From Mobula birostris (taxonomy: Eukaryota): DNA of 64,000 nt. The stretch lies in assembly GCF_030028105.1 (NCBI RefSeq), contig NC_092382.1:99650699-99714698 (forward strand), given 5' to 3'. A program made the translations under genes and the position numbers. Below, piece after piece: positions 62,222-64,000 of this stretch (position 1 is the first letter of the stretch; every line of letters begins with the position of its first letter). The notes below the pieces were generated by a model, which saw only the letters and a program-made list of their open reading frames with translations, was not told the origin of the DNA and searched no databases.

Positions 62222-62994
62222 ATCATATAACCATATAATCATATAACAATTACAGCACGGAAACAGGCCATCTCGGCCCTTCTAGTCCGTGCCGAACTGT
62301 TACTAACAAATACTCCCACCGACCTGCACTCAGCCCATAACCCTCCATTCCTTTCCTGTCCATATATCTATCCAAGTTAACTTTAAACGACGCAATCGAA
62401 CCTGCCTCAGCCACTTCTGCTGGAAGCTCGTTCCATACAGCTACCACTCTCTGAGTGAAGAAGTCCCCCCTCATGTTACCCCTAATCGTTTGCCCTTTAA
62501 CTCTCAAATCATGTCCCCTTGCTTGAATCTCCCCCATTCTCAATGGAATAAAGTCTAACCAAGTCAACTCTATCAACCCCCCTCAAAATTTTAAGCACCA
62601 CTATCAAGTCCCCCTGAACCTTCTATGCTCCAAAGAATAAAGAGCTAACTTGTTCAACCTTTCCCTTTAACTCAGAAGATGAAACCCAGGCAACATTTTA
62701 GTAGATCTACTCTGTACTCACTCTATTTTTGACATCTTTCCTATAATTCGGTGACCAGAACTGTACACAATACTCCAAATTTGGCCTTACCAATGCCTTA
62801 TACAATTTCAACGTTAGATCCTAACTCCTGTACCCAATGCTTTGATTAATAAAGGCCAGCATACCAAAAGCTTTCTTCACCACCCTTTCCACATGAGATT
62901 CCACTTTCAGGGAACTATGCACCATTATTCGTAGATCCCTCTGTTCTGCCGCATCCTTCAATGTCCTACCATTTTCCATGTATATCCTATTTTG
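62222..62994 (-). mobile_element. CR1 LINE 3' end
   Basis: ARGHDLRVKG..DFFTQRVVAVWNELP fragment and a simple-repeat tail at 62222-62250. Confidence 0.85.
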
Positions 62995-64000
62995 ATGAGT
63001 CCGTATTCCGGGTCACGGTCCGGTCCATTGACCCTTGCTCTAGGTTTTCCTGTCTACACTGTTTGCTCTTGTTGAGGAGGGGCCTGTCTAGCCTCAAGCC
63101 TCATGACTTAAAGACTCCGGCCTCCTGTCTAGCCTCAAGCCTGAAGACTTGAAGACTCCGGCCTCCTGCCAAGCCTCGCCTCAAGTCCCCAGCCTCCTGC
63201 CTCCTGCGAAGCGTCTCCAGCCTACTGCCTCCTGCCATGGGATCCGACCCAGAGGCAAGACCCAGGTACTGGGTCCTTGTCCAGTCTCTGACTGGGACTC
63301 CAAGCCCGGGCTCCTAGCTCTCTTGTCCAGTCCTGTTCCGGGTTCCCGGTTTTCGTGGTCCATCTCCTTGCCCTCAGCCAGTATCCTAGTCCTGTCCATA
63401 GTACTTCAGTGTCCGTGTCTTGCACTTGGGTCCGTTCCCAGCCACGGCCTTATGACAGAACGATCCAGCCAACCATGGATCCAGTGACACAGACGCTGTC
63501 GTTTTCCTCTTGCCACCTGGGGTTCCTTTCTGTTAAATACCGTCCCAACCACCCGGGTCGTCCATAGTCTGGATACCCTGTTTGGTGTGCAGGAGGCTCC
63601 CGTAGACGGCGGGCCACTGTCATGGTCCGGTCCATGAAGTCCGCATTCCGGGTCACGGTCCGGTCAATTGACCCTTGCTCCATGTTTTCCTGTCTACCCT
63701 GTTTGTTCTTGTTGAGCTCTAATTGAGCCAGCTGATGCTCGTTGGGGCTGGCTGCATAAATAACTTCAGAGACCAGGGCGTGGTGCTGGATTGTTCTTGT
63801 CCTTACTGCTTGTATCTCTTCCTCTGTCTTCTGTTTCCTCGCCTGAAGCCCTGCCTTGTCTTGCCCGTAACTTTCGCCTCGCCTGAGGTTCTCGTCTCCC
63901 CTTGTGTTGTCTGAAGCCTTGCCTTATCTAGCTGGTAACTCTCGCCTCGTCTCGCCTGCAGTCTTGTCCTGGAGCCACCCTGTACCTAGCTCCCTTCCTG
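62995..64000 (+). mobile_element. Internally deleted Gypsy (sushi-like) LTR element: 5' LTR about 62995-63457, 160-nt internal part, 3' LTR from 63618 running off the window
   Basis: Direct repeat 62995-63075 vs 63634-63715; ..ATGACA followed by GAACGATCCAGCC-AACC-ATGGATCCAG; 3' LTR starts TGTCATGG. Confidence 0.7.

Noticed and set aside
63085-63220. Short direct repeats as a CRISPR-like or coding repeat
   Set aside because: Eukaryotic context, no unique spacers, and they lie inside an LTR.
1-64000. D, J or C segments
   Set aside because: No 12-RSS-flanked D, FGxG J or C1-set exon was recognised by eye; an exhaustive scan was not possible.

Overview
Vertebrate genomic DNA, inferred to be from a cartilaginous fish (elasmobranch-type CR1, V-SINE and Penelope repeats, GPR139-like genes). 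Positions 2-22 kb hold a tandem array of ten T-cell-receptor V segments, all on the + strand and most likely TRBV. Four look functional (V1, V3, V7, V10), three are open but defective (V5, V6, V9) and three are pseudogenes or fragments (V2, V4, V8). Intact members have a leader exon, an intron, a V exon and a 23-bp-spacer RSS. No D, J or C segment was recognised. The most striking feature is that all eight RSSs, across two unrelated V families, are followed 32-41 nt past the nonamer by a same-orientation CTCF-type motif. Most V promoters also carry an overlapping ETS-CRE element. Positions 30-58 kb hold a tandem duplication of about 11 kb, each copy carrying an intact two-exon GPR139/142-like GPCR gene; the two receptors have near-identical transmembrane regions and strongly diverged extracellular loops. 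The rest is repeats: Gmr1-type Gypsy relics (IN-RT-RH order), a Tc1 transposon with a visible empty site in the paralogue, CR1, Rex1/Babar, Penelope relics, LTR remnants, microsatellites and four N gaps. All coordinates were counted by eye and no database searches were run.
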